Positions 20,166 to 30,749 of a stretch of DNA of 64,000 nt are shown here, piece after piece. Source of the stretch: Carpediemonas membranifera BICM (lineage: Eukaryota > Protista > Fornicata); the NCBI GenBank assembly GCA_019828565.1, contig JAHDYR010000067.1:214243-278242 (forward strand). The letters run 5' to 3'. A program made the translations under genes and the position numbers. Within the stretch, counting starts at the first letter, position 1. Every line of letters starts with the position of its first letter. Below the pieces are notes generated by a model. The model searched no databases, was not told the origin of the DNA, and saw nothing but the letters and a program-made list of their open reading frames with translations.

Positions 20166-23018
20166 CTAGCTATTGGGGTCGAAGAACGTGGGAGGCATGC
20201 TGCTCGCCACCTCGGTGGGCTGGGCCACTGGCATGTCGGGCATGAACATCCCCTCCCCGGGCATGCCCGCGTCTATGGTCTCAAACGACGGCACGGCCGC
20301 GGTATACCGGCTGACGCCAGCTAGGCCGCGTCGACGACCCGCTGGCCGACGGCGTCCCTCGGAGTTGCCACCGCCGACAACAGGCTCGGGGAGTGGGGCT
20401 GCCGAAAGTGGGGCGTCAAATGGCGAGGGTGGGGCCGCGTGGCTGGAGGCAGAGACTGACCCGGGGAGATCATACATTGGCGGGCCGGCCGGCACGGCGT
20501 TGAACTCCCCCATGTCTGAGGGCGGAGGGATAGACACGCTCACACCAGGCACGGGCGGGGCGGTACTCACGCCGCCGGGGGGCGGGGGAGGTCCGTCGGT
20601 CTCGCCGGATAGAGGAACGCCGTTGGCATCCACCCATGTCTCGCCGTTGAAGGTGAACTGCATGTCCTCGCCGAGATCTGCCTCAACGGGGCGCATGCGG
20701 CTGAACAGACGCGAGAGGGTGCTCTCCTTGCGTGCCTTTTTCGGCTTCTCCTTTTTCTCTTTCTTCGGCTTTTCCTTCTTTTCCTTAGGCTTGTCTGAGT
20801 CAACCGAGGGTCTGCGAGAGGTAGGAACTGACTGGGTCGCCCCAGGAATGGTCAGCACTGGGGCATGCGAGATGGCCGACGATGACGACCCGCGCCCCTC
20901 GTCGTCGCTCCCGGCAGCCCAAGCGATGGTCTTTTGGGCGAGCTGGCGGCCCTTGTCAATGAAGCTGATGTTCCTGCTCATCGCCTGTCCGTCCTTGCGC
21001 GACAGGATGGACGCGACCTTTTCCTGTCCCATCGAAGTGGCAATGAGCTCCACAATCGACTGGGATCTGCGGTAGAGCGCGACCATGGCGCCTGTGGCCT
21101 TTTCGATGCTCCCACCGGGCACCTTGATGCCAAGGGGGAAGTGGGCCGTCTTACCCTGTGCCGCCTCGTCGTCAAAGGTCAGGCTCGCCCCAGCCTTGAG
21201 CTGAGCTTGCACGTCTCCCGGGAGATAAGCGAAGACCTGATCTCTCACGGCCTTGGCGTAGAGCAGCGCGATGCCGGGCATGCCATGGTCGAAGAAGAGA
21301 AGGGCCAGCGCGGCCAGGAACGGCATGAGGTACGGGGGGACGCGGAGCTCCTCGTCCGCCGACAGGTGGTGGAACGCCTCGGCGAGAAGCACGCTGAGCA
21401 CGGACACGCCCTCGAGGGCAGGGGCGTTGGCGAACAGCAGGGAGCCGGTCATGTGCTTCTCACGGCCGACATTGTCTCTGAACAACCCGCGGTGATCACT
21501 ACCGGGGAAGCCGATCCTGTCCGAGCCCCCGCCGCCCGTGGGCAGGCCCATGCCCGCCTTAGTCACCAGGCGTAGGAAGTGCGCCGCGGCGAGTCGGTTC
21601 CCGTTGATGAGTTCATTTTGGATCCTGTCGAGCACCTCGATCTTGTACTCGGGCGACGACCGAGACTTGACCAGGACAGCAACGTTGCCACGCCAGTTAG
21701 CAGCGAGCGGACCCGGCTGGTTCGTGAGCTTCGTGCGGCCCGTCTTGTGCGCCATCATCAGATACAGCGCCCTCAGCGGGCTCCCCACGGCCAGCGTCTC
21801 AGCGTACTCCACGATGGTGTCGTAGCAGTTGTTCTCGGCCTCCTGGTCCGTGATGAGGGATGACAGCAGTATGGCGTGCGACCACAGGCCCTCCGCCTTC
21901 GCCCTGCCGACCGCCTCGCTGAGGTCGCCGTGCATGGCGAGCTCCTGGACCTTGGCCACGGAAGCGGGCGAGAGGACGTGGGCCTGACTCGCCGCCTTGG
22001 CGACTGAGTCGGGAGTGGCTGGGGCAGGGGCGGACGAGGCAGAGAGGGCGTCGAGTACCCGCTTGAGCAGGGTGGCGCGGGCCTCCTTCTTCTTGTCGTT
22101 GGTCTCCACACTCGGTGTGACGACTGCACTCGGCGTGAGCTTCGTCTCCACACAGGCCGCGGCCAGGCGCCACAGCATGACGCTGTCCCCGACGGCCCCG
22201 CTCATGTGCTCGCCGCTCGTCTGCTGGGAGAGACTGTCTGCCAGGCGGGGCACGACGGACTGTGGGCTGCTGTGGATGGGCACTTTCATCGTGTCGAGCC
22301 CAAAGATGGTGGGCACACCGTCGACAGTGCGTCTGAGATATGCGCTGGGGCCGAGCTGAGTGAAGCCGTTAGAGCGGGTCATGACAAGCCGACCGCCAGC
22401 GCCGAATCTGATCCGGAATCTGACTGGTACGGAAGATGGGCGCGGAACGGAGGCAGGAGAGTTTGCCACGAACGTCGACGGCATGCTTGGCATGGTCTGG
22501 CGTGCATGAGGGGGCATAGGGCTGGGGATGAGTGGGGAGGGGCTTGTCTCCGCCTGGACCGGTGCTGGGGCGAAGATGTCCTCGGGCACAGCGTCAAATG
22601 AGGGCTCGGGAACAGGCATGGTGGTCGATGGGGCGTTGACAACGTCGGCTGGTGCTGGGGCGAAGATGTCCTCGGGCACAGCGTCAAATGAGGGCTCAGG
22701 AACAGGAATGGTGGTCGATGGGGCGTTGACAACGTCGGCTGGTGCTGGAGCGAAGATGTCCTCGGGCACAGCGTCAAATGAGGGCTCAGGAACAGGAATG
22801 GTGGTCGATGGGGCGTTGACAACGTCGGCTGGTGCTGGGGCGAAGATGTCCTCGGGCACAGCGTCAAATGAGGGCTCAGGAACAGGAATGGTGGTCGATG
22901 GGGCGTTGACAACGTCGGCTGGTGCTGGGGCGAAGAATCCGTCAGTGTTTGGAACAATAGTAGGTTCTACTGGGCCAATATCGGCCACAGTATCGAAGAA
23001 GGAGATGTCATCGTCCAT
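20166..23018 (-). CDS. SEC16: COPII scaffold Sec16-like protein
   Basis: Central-domain motifs WSHAILLS, GSPLRALY, NWRGNVA, AAAHF; EADLGEDMQFTF..W motif; Pro-rich termini. Confidence 0.85.
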   Translation of the reverse strand: MDDDISFFDTVADIGPVEPTIVPNTDGFFAPAPADVVNAPSTTIPVPEPSFDAVPEDIFAPAPADVVNAPSTTIPVPEPSFDAVPEDIFAPAPADVVNAPSTTIPVPEPSFDAVPEDIFAPAPADVVNAPSTTMPVPEPSFDAVPEDIFAPAPVQAETSPSPLIPSPMPPHARQTMPSMPSTFVANSPASVPRPSSVPVRFRIRFGAGGRLVMTRSNGFTQLGPSAYLRRTVDGVPTIFGLDTMKVPIHSSPQSVVPRLADSLSQQTSGEHMSGAVGDSVMLWRLAAACVETKLTPSAVVTPSVETNDKKKEARATLLKRVLDALSASSAPAPATPDSVAKAASQAHVLSPASVAKVQELAMHGDLSEAVGRAKAEGLWSHAILLSSLITDQEAENNCYDTIVEYAETLAVGSPLRALYLMMAHKTGRTKLTNQPGPLAANWRGNVAVLVKSRSSPEYKIEVLDRIQNELINGNRLAAAHFLRLVTKAGMGLPTGGGGSDRIGFPGSDHRGLFRDNVGREKHMTGSLLFANAPALEGVSVLSVLLAEAFHHLSADEELRVPPYLMPFLAALALLFFDHGMPGIALLYAKAVRDQVFAYLPGDVQAQLKAGASLTFDDEAAQGKTAHFPLGIKVPGGSIEKATGAMVALYRRSQSIVELIATSMGQEKVASILSRKDGQAMSRNISFIDKGRQLAQKTIAWAAGSDDEGRGSSSSAISHAPVLTIPGATQSVPTSRRPSVDSDKPKEKKEKPKKEKKEKPKKARKESTLSRLFSRMRPVEADLGEDMQFTFNGETWVDANGVPLSGETDGPPPPPGGVSTAPPVPGVSVSIPPPSDMGEFNAVPAGPPMYDLPGSVSASSHAAPPSPFDAPLSAAPLPEPVVGGGNSEGRRRPAGRRRGLAGVSRYTAAVPSFETIDAGMPGEGMFMPDMPVAQPTEVASSMPPTFFDPNS
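22561..22936 (-). repeat. Coding tandem repeat, ~4 x 90 bp (PAPADVVNAPSTTIPVPEPSFDAVPEDIFA)
   Basis: Near-identical 90-bp units visible in the DNA. Confidence 0.97.
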
Positions 23019-23037
23019 TTTTGGCCGATGATCGTGA

Positions 23038-26000
23038 TGTAGCACGACATAAACTGCATCCTGTCTTTTAGTTCACACAGTGCCACAGAAGCTTCTACAG
23101 CATCAAGAACACATGGACAAGACTATTGAGCCGCCCGACACTGCGGATATCGCAAAATGGGCCGCTTGGGGCGATGCAATTCAGACGCAAGCCCAAACGA
23201 AGAAGAAACCCACGCCCCTGAGAGGACACCTCACTGGCGCTGGCGAGAAGGTTATACACACCATATATAGACCCAACGTGCCCTATATCACGCTCAAGGG
23301 CACCGAGCTGAAACATCAATCCGGTCCTCAGAAGTTCCTCCAACGGCTGGGTGACGAAATTGAGGAGTTCCTCTCCAAGCCTCTCACGACCACGTCAGCA
23401 GATACACGACACACTCAGTCACAAATAGAGAATCTACAGGCCCTCATCGCCATGTCGGAAGAGGACGAGACCCTCAAGGACGAAGTGGGACCCATGAAGG
23501 CGGAACTCAGAACCCTACGGATGGAGCTCCGTCAGAAGCTCAAGACCGCCAACGCCTCCTCCTCCACTAACACGACTAATATGACACTCTCCCAGGCCAT
23601 CTGCAGACAAGTACAAAACTTCATGCAGTGGTTCCGCTTGAGTGCAAGCATTGGAGATGAGAAGTGCAAAGCCGCACTCAGGGCACTGTCCCGCCCTGGT
23701 CCACGCAGGACGCGCCAGGAGGCGCTCTCAGCAATCCTCACCTACCTGGCCGAGTTCGAGCGACTTTATACGCTCCTATACCCTCCTGACGACTCAGATG
23801 AGACACCACAACTATCCACGGACTTGTGCATCGAGATCAAAACGATCCTTGTCCACGCCATGGATCACCTCGACGCCAGGAGCCTGGAGCAGCTCCTAGG
23901 CACGTCCGATCATCGCATCCACAGGGCGAGTGAAAGCGTCAGCACCCTCATCAACGCCATGCGCGATAACGCGATTCTCGCTAAGGAGAAGGCGGAGTTT
24001 ATCGAGCCCCTATACACATTTGATCATGCCAGACCGACAGCCGCCGAGGCGAGGAAGCCCGGCCAGGGCCCAGTCCAGCCCGCTGGCTCGTCCGGCAAGT
24101 CATGCGCGTTCCACCTGAGCAAGACGCACACCACGGCGGACTGTACCGTCTGTAAGCAGCTGACCGACAAGACCGTCCAGAACCCGGACGTTACCGATGC
24201 CCAGTTGCTCTCTCATTATGCCACCTGCCATAAGCACGGGAAGAAACCTTACGGCCCGGCCAAGGCGCTATTCGATAAGCGCAAGCTGAAGGAGCCGGCC
24301 TATGGGACTGCCGCCGCGACCGTCAAGCGTGCCCCGCGGCCCGGCAAGGTTTCCTTCATCCCTGACGATCAAGTCGAGCCCCTCATGACCGACATGCCCG
24401 AGAGCACCATGGTCTATCAGGCTCTCATGCAAGCCGAATCCAAGGGCAAGGCCATCGTCGTGCGCCTGGACACGGCGAACGAGCAGTTCCCGATCCTCAT
24501 GCGCCCCGACGCGGCGGAGTACCTTGGCCTTACAGTCACGCCCGAGCGCGGCGACGTCAATGGTTGGAAGGCTGTCCATGGAGAATACGTGGGCACCACA
24601 CGCTTCACGCCGATCATCTCGCAGCCCTATTTCGACATACCCGTCCGCGCTGCCGAGCCCCTCGCGGCTTATATCGTAGAGGACCTACCTGTCGCTGTGC
24701 TATACGGCACCGTTGCCCTCCGCGCAGTGGGTATGGACTTCCTCAAGAACAACCGGGCCAAGCCCGAGTCGACCCCATCCATGACGAAAGATCCTACGGA
24801 CTTCCGCTCATTGTTCAACCTCTTCATCAGGTCACCCGGAGAGTCAACCCCGACACTCCCAACTATATACGATGAGAACCTCGGCTCGCTCGCCGAGCAG
24901 TTCCATGCGCTCGTGGTAGAGTACGCCGACATCTTCGGCCCGTTCGACGAGCAAGGCTCCGATCTGCCACCCTTTGAGATACACCTCAAGCCCGACGTCC
25001 TCCCCTCCCAGGTTCTACGCCCGATCAGAAATAAGGCGCAGAAGGACGCCATGCGGCTCTTCATTGATGACATGCTGGCCAAGAACATCATCTCGGCAAC
25101 GACCGACACCCTCGACTGGCTGTCGCCCGTATTTATGGTGGACAAGCCGTCCGCTACACCCCCGTTCCGGCCCGTGTTAGATTACCGAGCCCTCAATGAC
25201 GCTACGCGCCCTGAGATTTACACCATGCCCACAGCAGATGAACTGTTCGAGCAATGCAGAGGTGCCGAGGTTTTTGCCTCATTCGACCTCACCGCTGGCT
25301 TTCACCAGCTCGTTATGGACCCAGACTCAGCCAAACTGACAGGCTTCGAGTTCGACGACGTCCGTTATATCTTTAACAGGCTTCCGTTCGGTGTCACCAA
25401 CGGCCCCATGGCGTTCCAGAAACGCATTGACGACCTACGCCGCCAGTATAAGCTCCCATGCCTGGCGTTTGTAGACGATATACTGTGCTTCGCTGGCTCT
25501 GTCCAGCAGCTCCTCGATGTCCTCCGCGAGCTATTCCCTGTCCTCCAGCAGCACCGCATACGCCTCTCTGGTCGGAAATCGCACATCGGACTGAAGGAGA
25601 TCGTCTATCTGGGTTGCCTCGTCAGCGGCACCGGTGTCCGCATCGACCCTGCCCGCGTCGAGAGCATACATAAGCTCAGCACCCCTCGCACTGCCAAGAT
25701 GGCCCATCACATTGTCGGCATCTTCGGCTTTGTGAGGAGGCACATCCCAGATTTCATCCGCCTCGCCGCACCGCTCGAAGCACTGAAGAACGGTGAGACC
25801 GTCGAGCCGGAGCAGCTCGAGTGGGCTATGACCAGCCTCAAGCAAGCTGTCGCCAGACAGATCGAGCTGACGCACTTCGACCCCAACAGCCGCGTGGACC
25901 TCTATACTGACGCCTCAACCACCGGCATTGGCGCAGTGCTTATGCAGGGCGACCGCCCTCTCGCGTTCTACTCCAGGCGCTTCGACAAGCAACAACAGGT

Positions 26001-27677
26001 CTGGAAGATCGTCGAACAGGAGATGTTTGCGGTATACTCTGCCCTTGAGCGCTTCCGCTCACTACTGATCGGGACCGAGACGATACTGCACACCGACAAC
26101 AGCTGCCTCGTACAGATGGTTAGCTCGGATACGCCCAAGGTGATACGCTGGGCTCTTGAGATCGCACGGTTCCCGGTCACCGAGATCGTCCACGTACCGG
26201 GCGACATGAACACCGCCGCTGACGGGCTGAGCCGCCTGCCGTTCGTAATGTCCGTCATCGCCACATCGGGTCTCACTGACACGCAGAAGCGCGAGCGCTT
26301 CCTCATGGTGCACCATCGACACCACGCCGGACTCGAGACCACCCTCGCCCTCCTCGAGAAGGCAGGTCTCCTCTGGGCAAGCGCCAGGACCGATGTCGAC
26401 AAGATGATCAAGAGGTGTGTGACCTGCCAACGAGACCGAGCGACGCCGAACGTGGCTTACAACCCGGGCCATCTCCCGCCTGCCCGTCCACTCGCCACCT
26501 TATACATCGACACAGTGGGACCGATCGACCGACCGGACAACGGTTATCGGTACATCATGACGTGCATTGATAGCGCGACTCATCTGACTCACCTGATCCC
26601 ACTCAAGACTTTAGATGCGCGGTCCACCATCCGAGCAATTCGCTCGCAGATCATCGCACGATGGGCCTGCCCAGATACCATTGTTACCGACAGTGGAACA
26701 CAATTCTGCAACGCGGAGTTCGACCATTTCTGCGCAACATTCGGGATCATACACCATAACACGACGCCCGAGCGCCACGAGGGTAATGCACTCGTTGAGC
26801 GAACGAACAGAGAGGTGAATAAGCACCTCCGCATCTCACTATCCTCTTTGCCTGACTGCTCCCGCGCAGGCTGGCGTTCAGCTATGATACAGGCTGAAAT
26901 CAACATTAACGCCACGCCATCCAGAGTTTTAGGCGGTGCAACGCCTCGTGAAGCTGCACTCGCTGCTGCACTCGCCTACCACCAAGTTAAGAATGCCGAG
27001 CCTTCGACTCGCACTGCCATAACCGATGAAACCATGAAGAACGCTGCGGAAGTACTCGGTAAGCTCCAGGAGTTCCAACTCCGTCAGAAGGGGGTGAAAG
27101 ACCAGTACTATCCCTCCGCTCGCTTCACCAGCCTGCCTCTGGGGAGCTGGGTGCTCGTCAAGCGCGACAAGCCCATCTCCAGACTGCAGTACACTATGAG
27201 AGGCCCTTACTACGTTCAAGGCAACGGTGAGGAGCCCGATTCCTATGTCCTCGTCAATCCTGTCACCAGGAAGACCATTATCCGTTTCGCCGACCGCTTG
27301 GCCAAGCTGCCCAACACGGGCCCGACGCTGACGATGGCCGAGGCGGCCAGAGCGTTCACCGCTGACAGCAACTGGAAGGTTGTCGACCATGTGGTCCAGT
27401 ACAGACTGGATTCTCAGACCAACGAGCCTATCGTTACGGTGAACTGGCTTGGCTTCGAGCACGATGAAGACTCAGAGCTCGCCTTCTCCGACTGTATGAC
27501 ACTTGATGCCCTGCTTAAGTATCGAGACCAGCATCCTCAATTCGATCGCGCCTGTAAGCGATTCGAAGCTACCACGCGCAACCATCCGCGCCCCCGCCGC
27601 TAATGATGTGCCGGCTCTAGGGGGGAATGTAGCACGACATAAACTGCATCCTGTCTTTTAGTTCACACAGTGCCACA
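23038..27677 (+). mobile_element. Intact gypsy element E4 with identical 50-bp LTRs and 6-bp TSD
   Basis: LTRs at 23038-23087 and 27628-27677; TSD TCGTGA (23032-23037, 27678-27683); PPT AGGGGGGAA at 27619-27627. Confidence 0.97.
23113..27603 (+). CDS. E4 single-ORF Gag-Pol with chromodomain
   Basis: CAFHLSKTHTTADC, LDTAN protease-like site, LPFG..FVDD, TDAS, integrase core, GPY, VNWLGFE; no stops. Confidence 0.95.
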   Translation: MDKTIEPPDTADIAKWAAWGDAIQTQAQTKKKPTPLRGHLTGAGEKVIHTIYRPNVPYITLKGTELKHQSGPQKFLQRLGDEIEEFLSKPLTTTSADTRHTQSQIENLQALIAMSEEDETLKDEVGPMKAELRTLRMELRQKLKTANASSSTNTTNMTLSQAICRQVQNFMQWFRLSASIGDEKCKAALRALSRPGPRRTRQEALSAILTYLAEFERLYTLLYPPDDSDETPQLSTDLCIEIKTILVHAMDHLDARSLEQLLGTSDHRIHRASESVSTLINAMRDNAILAKEKAEFIEPLYTFDHARPTAAEARKPGQGPVQPAGSSGKSCAFHLSKTHTTADCTVCKQLTDKTVQNPDVTDAQLLSHYATCHKHGKKPYGPAKALFDKRKLKEPAYGTAAATVKRAPRPGKVSFIPDDQVEPLMTDMPESTMVYQALMQAESKGKAIVVRLDTANEQFPILMRPDAAEYLGLTVTPERGDVNGWKAVHGEYVGTTRFTPIISQPYFDIPVRAAEPLAAYIVEDLPVAVLYGTVALRAVGMDFLKNNRAKPESTPSMTKDPTDFRSLFNLFIRSPGESTPTLPTIYDENLGSLAEQFHALVVEYADIFGPFDEQGSDLPPFEIHLKPDVLPSQVLRPIRNKAQKDAMRLFIDDMLAKNIISATTDTLDWLSPVFMVDKPSATPPFRPVLDYRALNDATRPEIYTMPTADELFEQCRGAEVFASFDLTAGFHQLVMDPDSAKLTGFEFDDVRYIFNRLPFGVTNGPMAFQKRIDDLRRQYKLPCLAFVDDILCFAGSVQQLLDVLRELFPVLQQHRIRLSGRKSHIGLKEIVYLGCLVSGTGVRIDPARVESIHKLSTPRTAKMAHHIVGIFGFVRRHIPDFIRLAAPLEALKNGETVEPEQLEWAMTSLKQAVARQIELTHFDPNSRVDLYTDASTTGIGAVLMQGDRPLAFYSRRFDKQQQVWKIVEQEMFAVYSALERFRSLLIGTETILHTDNSCLVQMVSSDTPKVIRWALEIARFPVTEIVHVPGDMNTAADGLSRLPFVMSVIATSGLTDTQKRERFLMVHHRHHAGLETTLALLEKAGLLWASARTDVDKMIKRCVTCQRDRATPNVAYNPGHLPPARPLATLYIDTVGPIDRPDNGYRYIMTCIDSATHLTHLIPLKTLDARSTIRAIRSQIIARWACPDTIVTDSGTQFCNAEFDHFCATFGIIHHNTTPERHEGNALVERTNREVNKHLRISLSSLPDCSRAGWRSAMIQAEININATPSRVLGGATPREAALAAALAYHQVKNAEPSTRTAITDETMKNAAEVLGKLQEFQLRQKGVKDQYYPSARFTSLPLGSWVLVKRDKPISRLQYTMRGPYYVQGNGEEPDSYVLVNPVTRKTIIRFADRLAKLPNTGPTLTMAEAARAFTADSNWKVVDHVVQYRLDSQTNEPIVTVNWLGFEHDEDSELAFSDCMTLDALLKYRDQHPQFDRACKRFEATTRNHPRPRR

Positions 27678-27928
27678 TCGTGATGATGGTCATAAAGTGC
27701 GATGCGTCGCCCGTAGCCAAGGCAACACGCCAGGAGTGGCACTGATGCTTCCCTGTAGATCCATTCAGTCAACCCGGCTCTGATTTAGTCATCTGCCAAC
27801 AGTGCGACGCCCTCATCCTGAGAACCCCTCTGCTCGTCACATGTGCCGACTGTTCTTCGACCTGTTTCCCGTGGAGGACAGCCCCCAAGAGTCATCAAGT
27901 GGCACAGCCCCCTTCACTCTTGTCTAAT

Positions 27929-28498
27929 CTATTTACCCAGTGACAGAGCCTTCCACAGCACCGTTGCCGCCGTTCTCGGCCCATATGGCCCTGCCACAAC
28001 ATATGGGGTGTCCCTCATCACCTCAGCAAGTCCCCCTGCCGTGACTGGGGCATCATTCGTGGTGGTTACGATCACCACGACGGGCTTTGTTGGCAGGGTA
28101 CCGGGAAGGTTGCCCATCGCCTCTACCAGCCGACTGTGGGATGTCAGGGAGGGGTGGCCCAGTGGGAGCACCAATAGAGTCGCGGCAGCCTCTGAGATGT
28201 GGCCTACAAGATGCTTGTATCGAGATAGCGACCACTCGCCTGTGTCAAAAAGGACAACGCGGGCACTCTCGGTGCCATTGAGCGGAAATAAGGCTACTCT
28301 TTGGTGCATACCGATTGTTTCGCCACGATTTGGCGGCCTCTCGAACGGGCAACACAACATGTCGCATATTGTGGTGCAACCAGAGCCGATCACCGCTAAT
28401 GAGAGGTGCCGATCAAACTGTTTCCTCGAAAATCGCTCTGCGAGCAGCGCCTTGTACGCCTGCTCGCCTTCCACCGTTTCGTACCATATCGAAGTCAT
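27929..28498 (-). CDS. Divergent RSG1/CPLANE2-like small GTPase with degenerate P-loop
   Basis: WYETVEGEQAY, ETIG..VALFP and FDTGEWSLSRYKHL match RSG1 motifs as I recall them (WHESAEGKEY, ETTG..VFWP, WDCGESALKKFDHM). Confidence 0.6.
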   Translation of the reverse strand: MTSIWYETVEGEQAYKALLAERFSRKQFDRHLSLAVIGSGCTTICDMLCCPFERPPNRGETIGMHQRVALFPLNGTESARVVLFDTGEWSLSRYKHLVGHISEAAATLLVLPLGHPSLTSHSRLVEAMGNLPGTLPTKPVVVIVTTTNDAPVTAGGLAEVMRDTPYVVAGPYGPRTAATVLWKALSLGK

Positions 28499-30035
28499 TA
28501 TGCCGACTGCGTGCAGTTGATGTGAGGCAGGAGCTCGAATAAAGCGGCGCCTGTGGTTTATCTGTCGAGTATACTGCTGTGGGAGCCTCGTGGTGTGCTC
28601 GGAAGGCTTGCAAAGGACGAACAATGCCGGTCATCTATGAGGCGGCAAATTGTTCAATTGTGGCGACACCAAGAGTAAGAAACTCAAAGAAGGACCATGT
28701 CGCTATCCTGAGCATCCGAATGGTCTTTGCGGTGATTCTAACCTTCAAAACGGTTCCTTCAATCTCAAACTCTTTCGCGGAGTCATCATTGCGCTCGCCG
28801 TCAACAGTAAATGAGTTGATGATGTACTGTATGTGTGTAGCATCATTGAATGGAATCTCTAGCTCACAGCTGTGATTCATCCTCGTTGCCAGCTCCGTAG
28901 CTTGGCATAAAGTGCACCGCCTCAAATCGTTGTTCACGCAAGAGATCAAGCTGGAATCGACACCACCATGCATCAACTGCATGTTGCTGGCTGACTTGTC
29001 GAATATGTGGCCCGGCTCGAGGTTGAGTAGTTCGAACACTTCGAACACAGCATTTTCTGCTAGGATTGGTCCCAGCCGGCCTTCGCATCAGCTACCCGAA
29101 CGTAAGCTCGTGCTACTGACTGCTGAGGCGAGGAGATGACCCTGCGCCGGAACTGGAGTGCCTAAAAAGGCATCACTGGCTGTGCCGGACTCCCCATTCC
29201 CGCCGAGGAGGCCGAGTTCGAGTCTGCCTCGCCCAACCCGCCCCCGACGAGGTCATCCGCAGTGATTGTACTCCCCGGAGTCACCACGTGCAGGTAGCCA
29301 GACATCTGAGGCGGGTGGTGCCGTCGCCCTGGACGACAGGGTTGTAGGTGTTGAGTCATCTGACGGTGCCGTGGACGAGACATCTCGGCAGGATACCCCG
29401 GCATCCACGCAACCTTGCTCGAGCTCAGGCGGCAGTCCTGCTGCTGTGACCATGCCACATTCGACGAGTGGGTCCCCGACGCCATGCGCGCCGTTCCCTA
29501 CAAGCGCCCGACCGAGCAGCGCCGGGTCGATAACATTCCGTCGTACATGGTCATCGCGCTCATTACGATGCTCGACATGGTCAAAGCAGCTGAGGGGGGC
29601 GATGATTTCGAGGCCTGCGACGAAGCGCGGGTCTGGCTGAGGGACAAGCTCAAGCTCATCGAGTTCGCCGATGATAACAGACGCGACTTCCTGTCCCTTA
29701 AGCAGCTCGGTGACCTCGATGATCCACTTGCTCTTGCGCTCTTGCGGACGAGTTCGACGTGGCTTCGGGCGAGCTCCCGTAGCGCCCGGACAAGTTGGAT
29801 GCACTGGTCCGCTCGAAGGCCAAACTCGGCAAGCCGGGTAACAGCTTCGAACGTGGTATTTTCGGGCACATATCGCGTGTGGTGATATGCAAGGAGCGAC
29901 TGCTCTGAACACGTTTCAACGGGAATCGACGTGCTCATCGCTGAGTGTGCCCGTCGATGCTGCAGAGTACTGCTGCCAACGCTTCTTATCGACCTGGCCA
30001 AGGACCGGCGTGTCCGTGTGACCACGTGACATCGA

Positions 30036-30660
30036 GACCACGGAGGATAAGAGGTTCCACGCCCCGGCACGTCACTTCGACCCAGTAAGGCAGGTACTGG
30101 TGCGAGAGCTGGTGCGAGACCTCCTCTCGAAAGGGGTCATTCGGAGGAGCAGGTCTCCATACGCGTCGAAGGTCGTCTTAGCGGACAAGAAGGGTGGGAA
30201 GGTCCGCCTGTGCATTGACTTCAGGGAGCTGAACAACATCACAAAGGTCCTGGTCCACGACCTCCCCGACCCGGTTGTCCTGTCAGTGCTGCTGGCGGAC
30301 AAGAAGAGGTTCGCTACGCTCGACCTCAAGACGGCTTTCCACCAGATACCGATTAAGGAGGAAGTCACGGGACTCGCGGCGTTCTCAACTGCCGACGGGC
30401 ACTTCGAGTACGTCCGCATGCCGTTCGGACTCAAGAACGCCGCGGCGTACATGCAGCGCTGCATGGAGATACTGGGGGTCCTCCTGTACACGGCAATGAT
30501 CGCTTACATTGATGATATCACGGTCTTCGGACGCACGAAGGAGGAGTACGACTCGAACCTTGAAGCAGTGATGCGTCGCCTGACGTCGTTCGGGGTGGGG
30601 CTCAACAGGGAGAAGTGCCATTTCGACCTCACCGAGATCGAGTACCTAGGCATTTACATA
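30036..30660 (+). pseudogene. Gypsy RT fragment (copy A)
   Basis: RLCIDFRELN, LDLKTAFHQ, MPFGL, YIDD, EYLG. Confidence 0.9.
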
Positions 30661-30749
30661 AGGCCTGCCAGTAGCTCTTGCTGCTGCCTTCGGTGAGCAA
30701 GGCGGCTGCGAGGTTAGTTAGGCAGTTGCTGCAGCGAGGGGTTCGCCGC

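Noticed and set aside
22561-22936. CRISPR-like array
   Set aside because: Contiguous in-frame coding repeats without unique spacers.
28635-30030. Several overlapping 100-220 aa ORFs on both strands
   Set aside because: No recognisable motif and the coding strand could not be decided.
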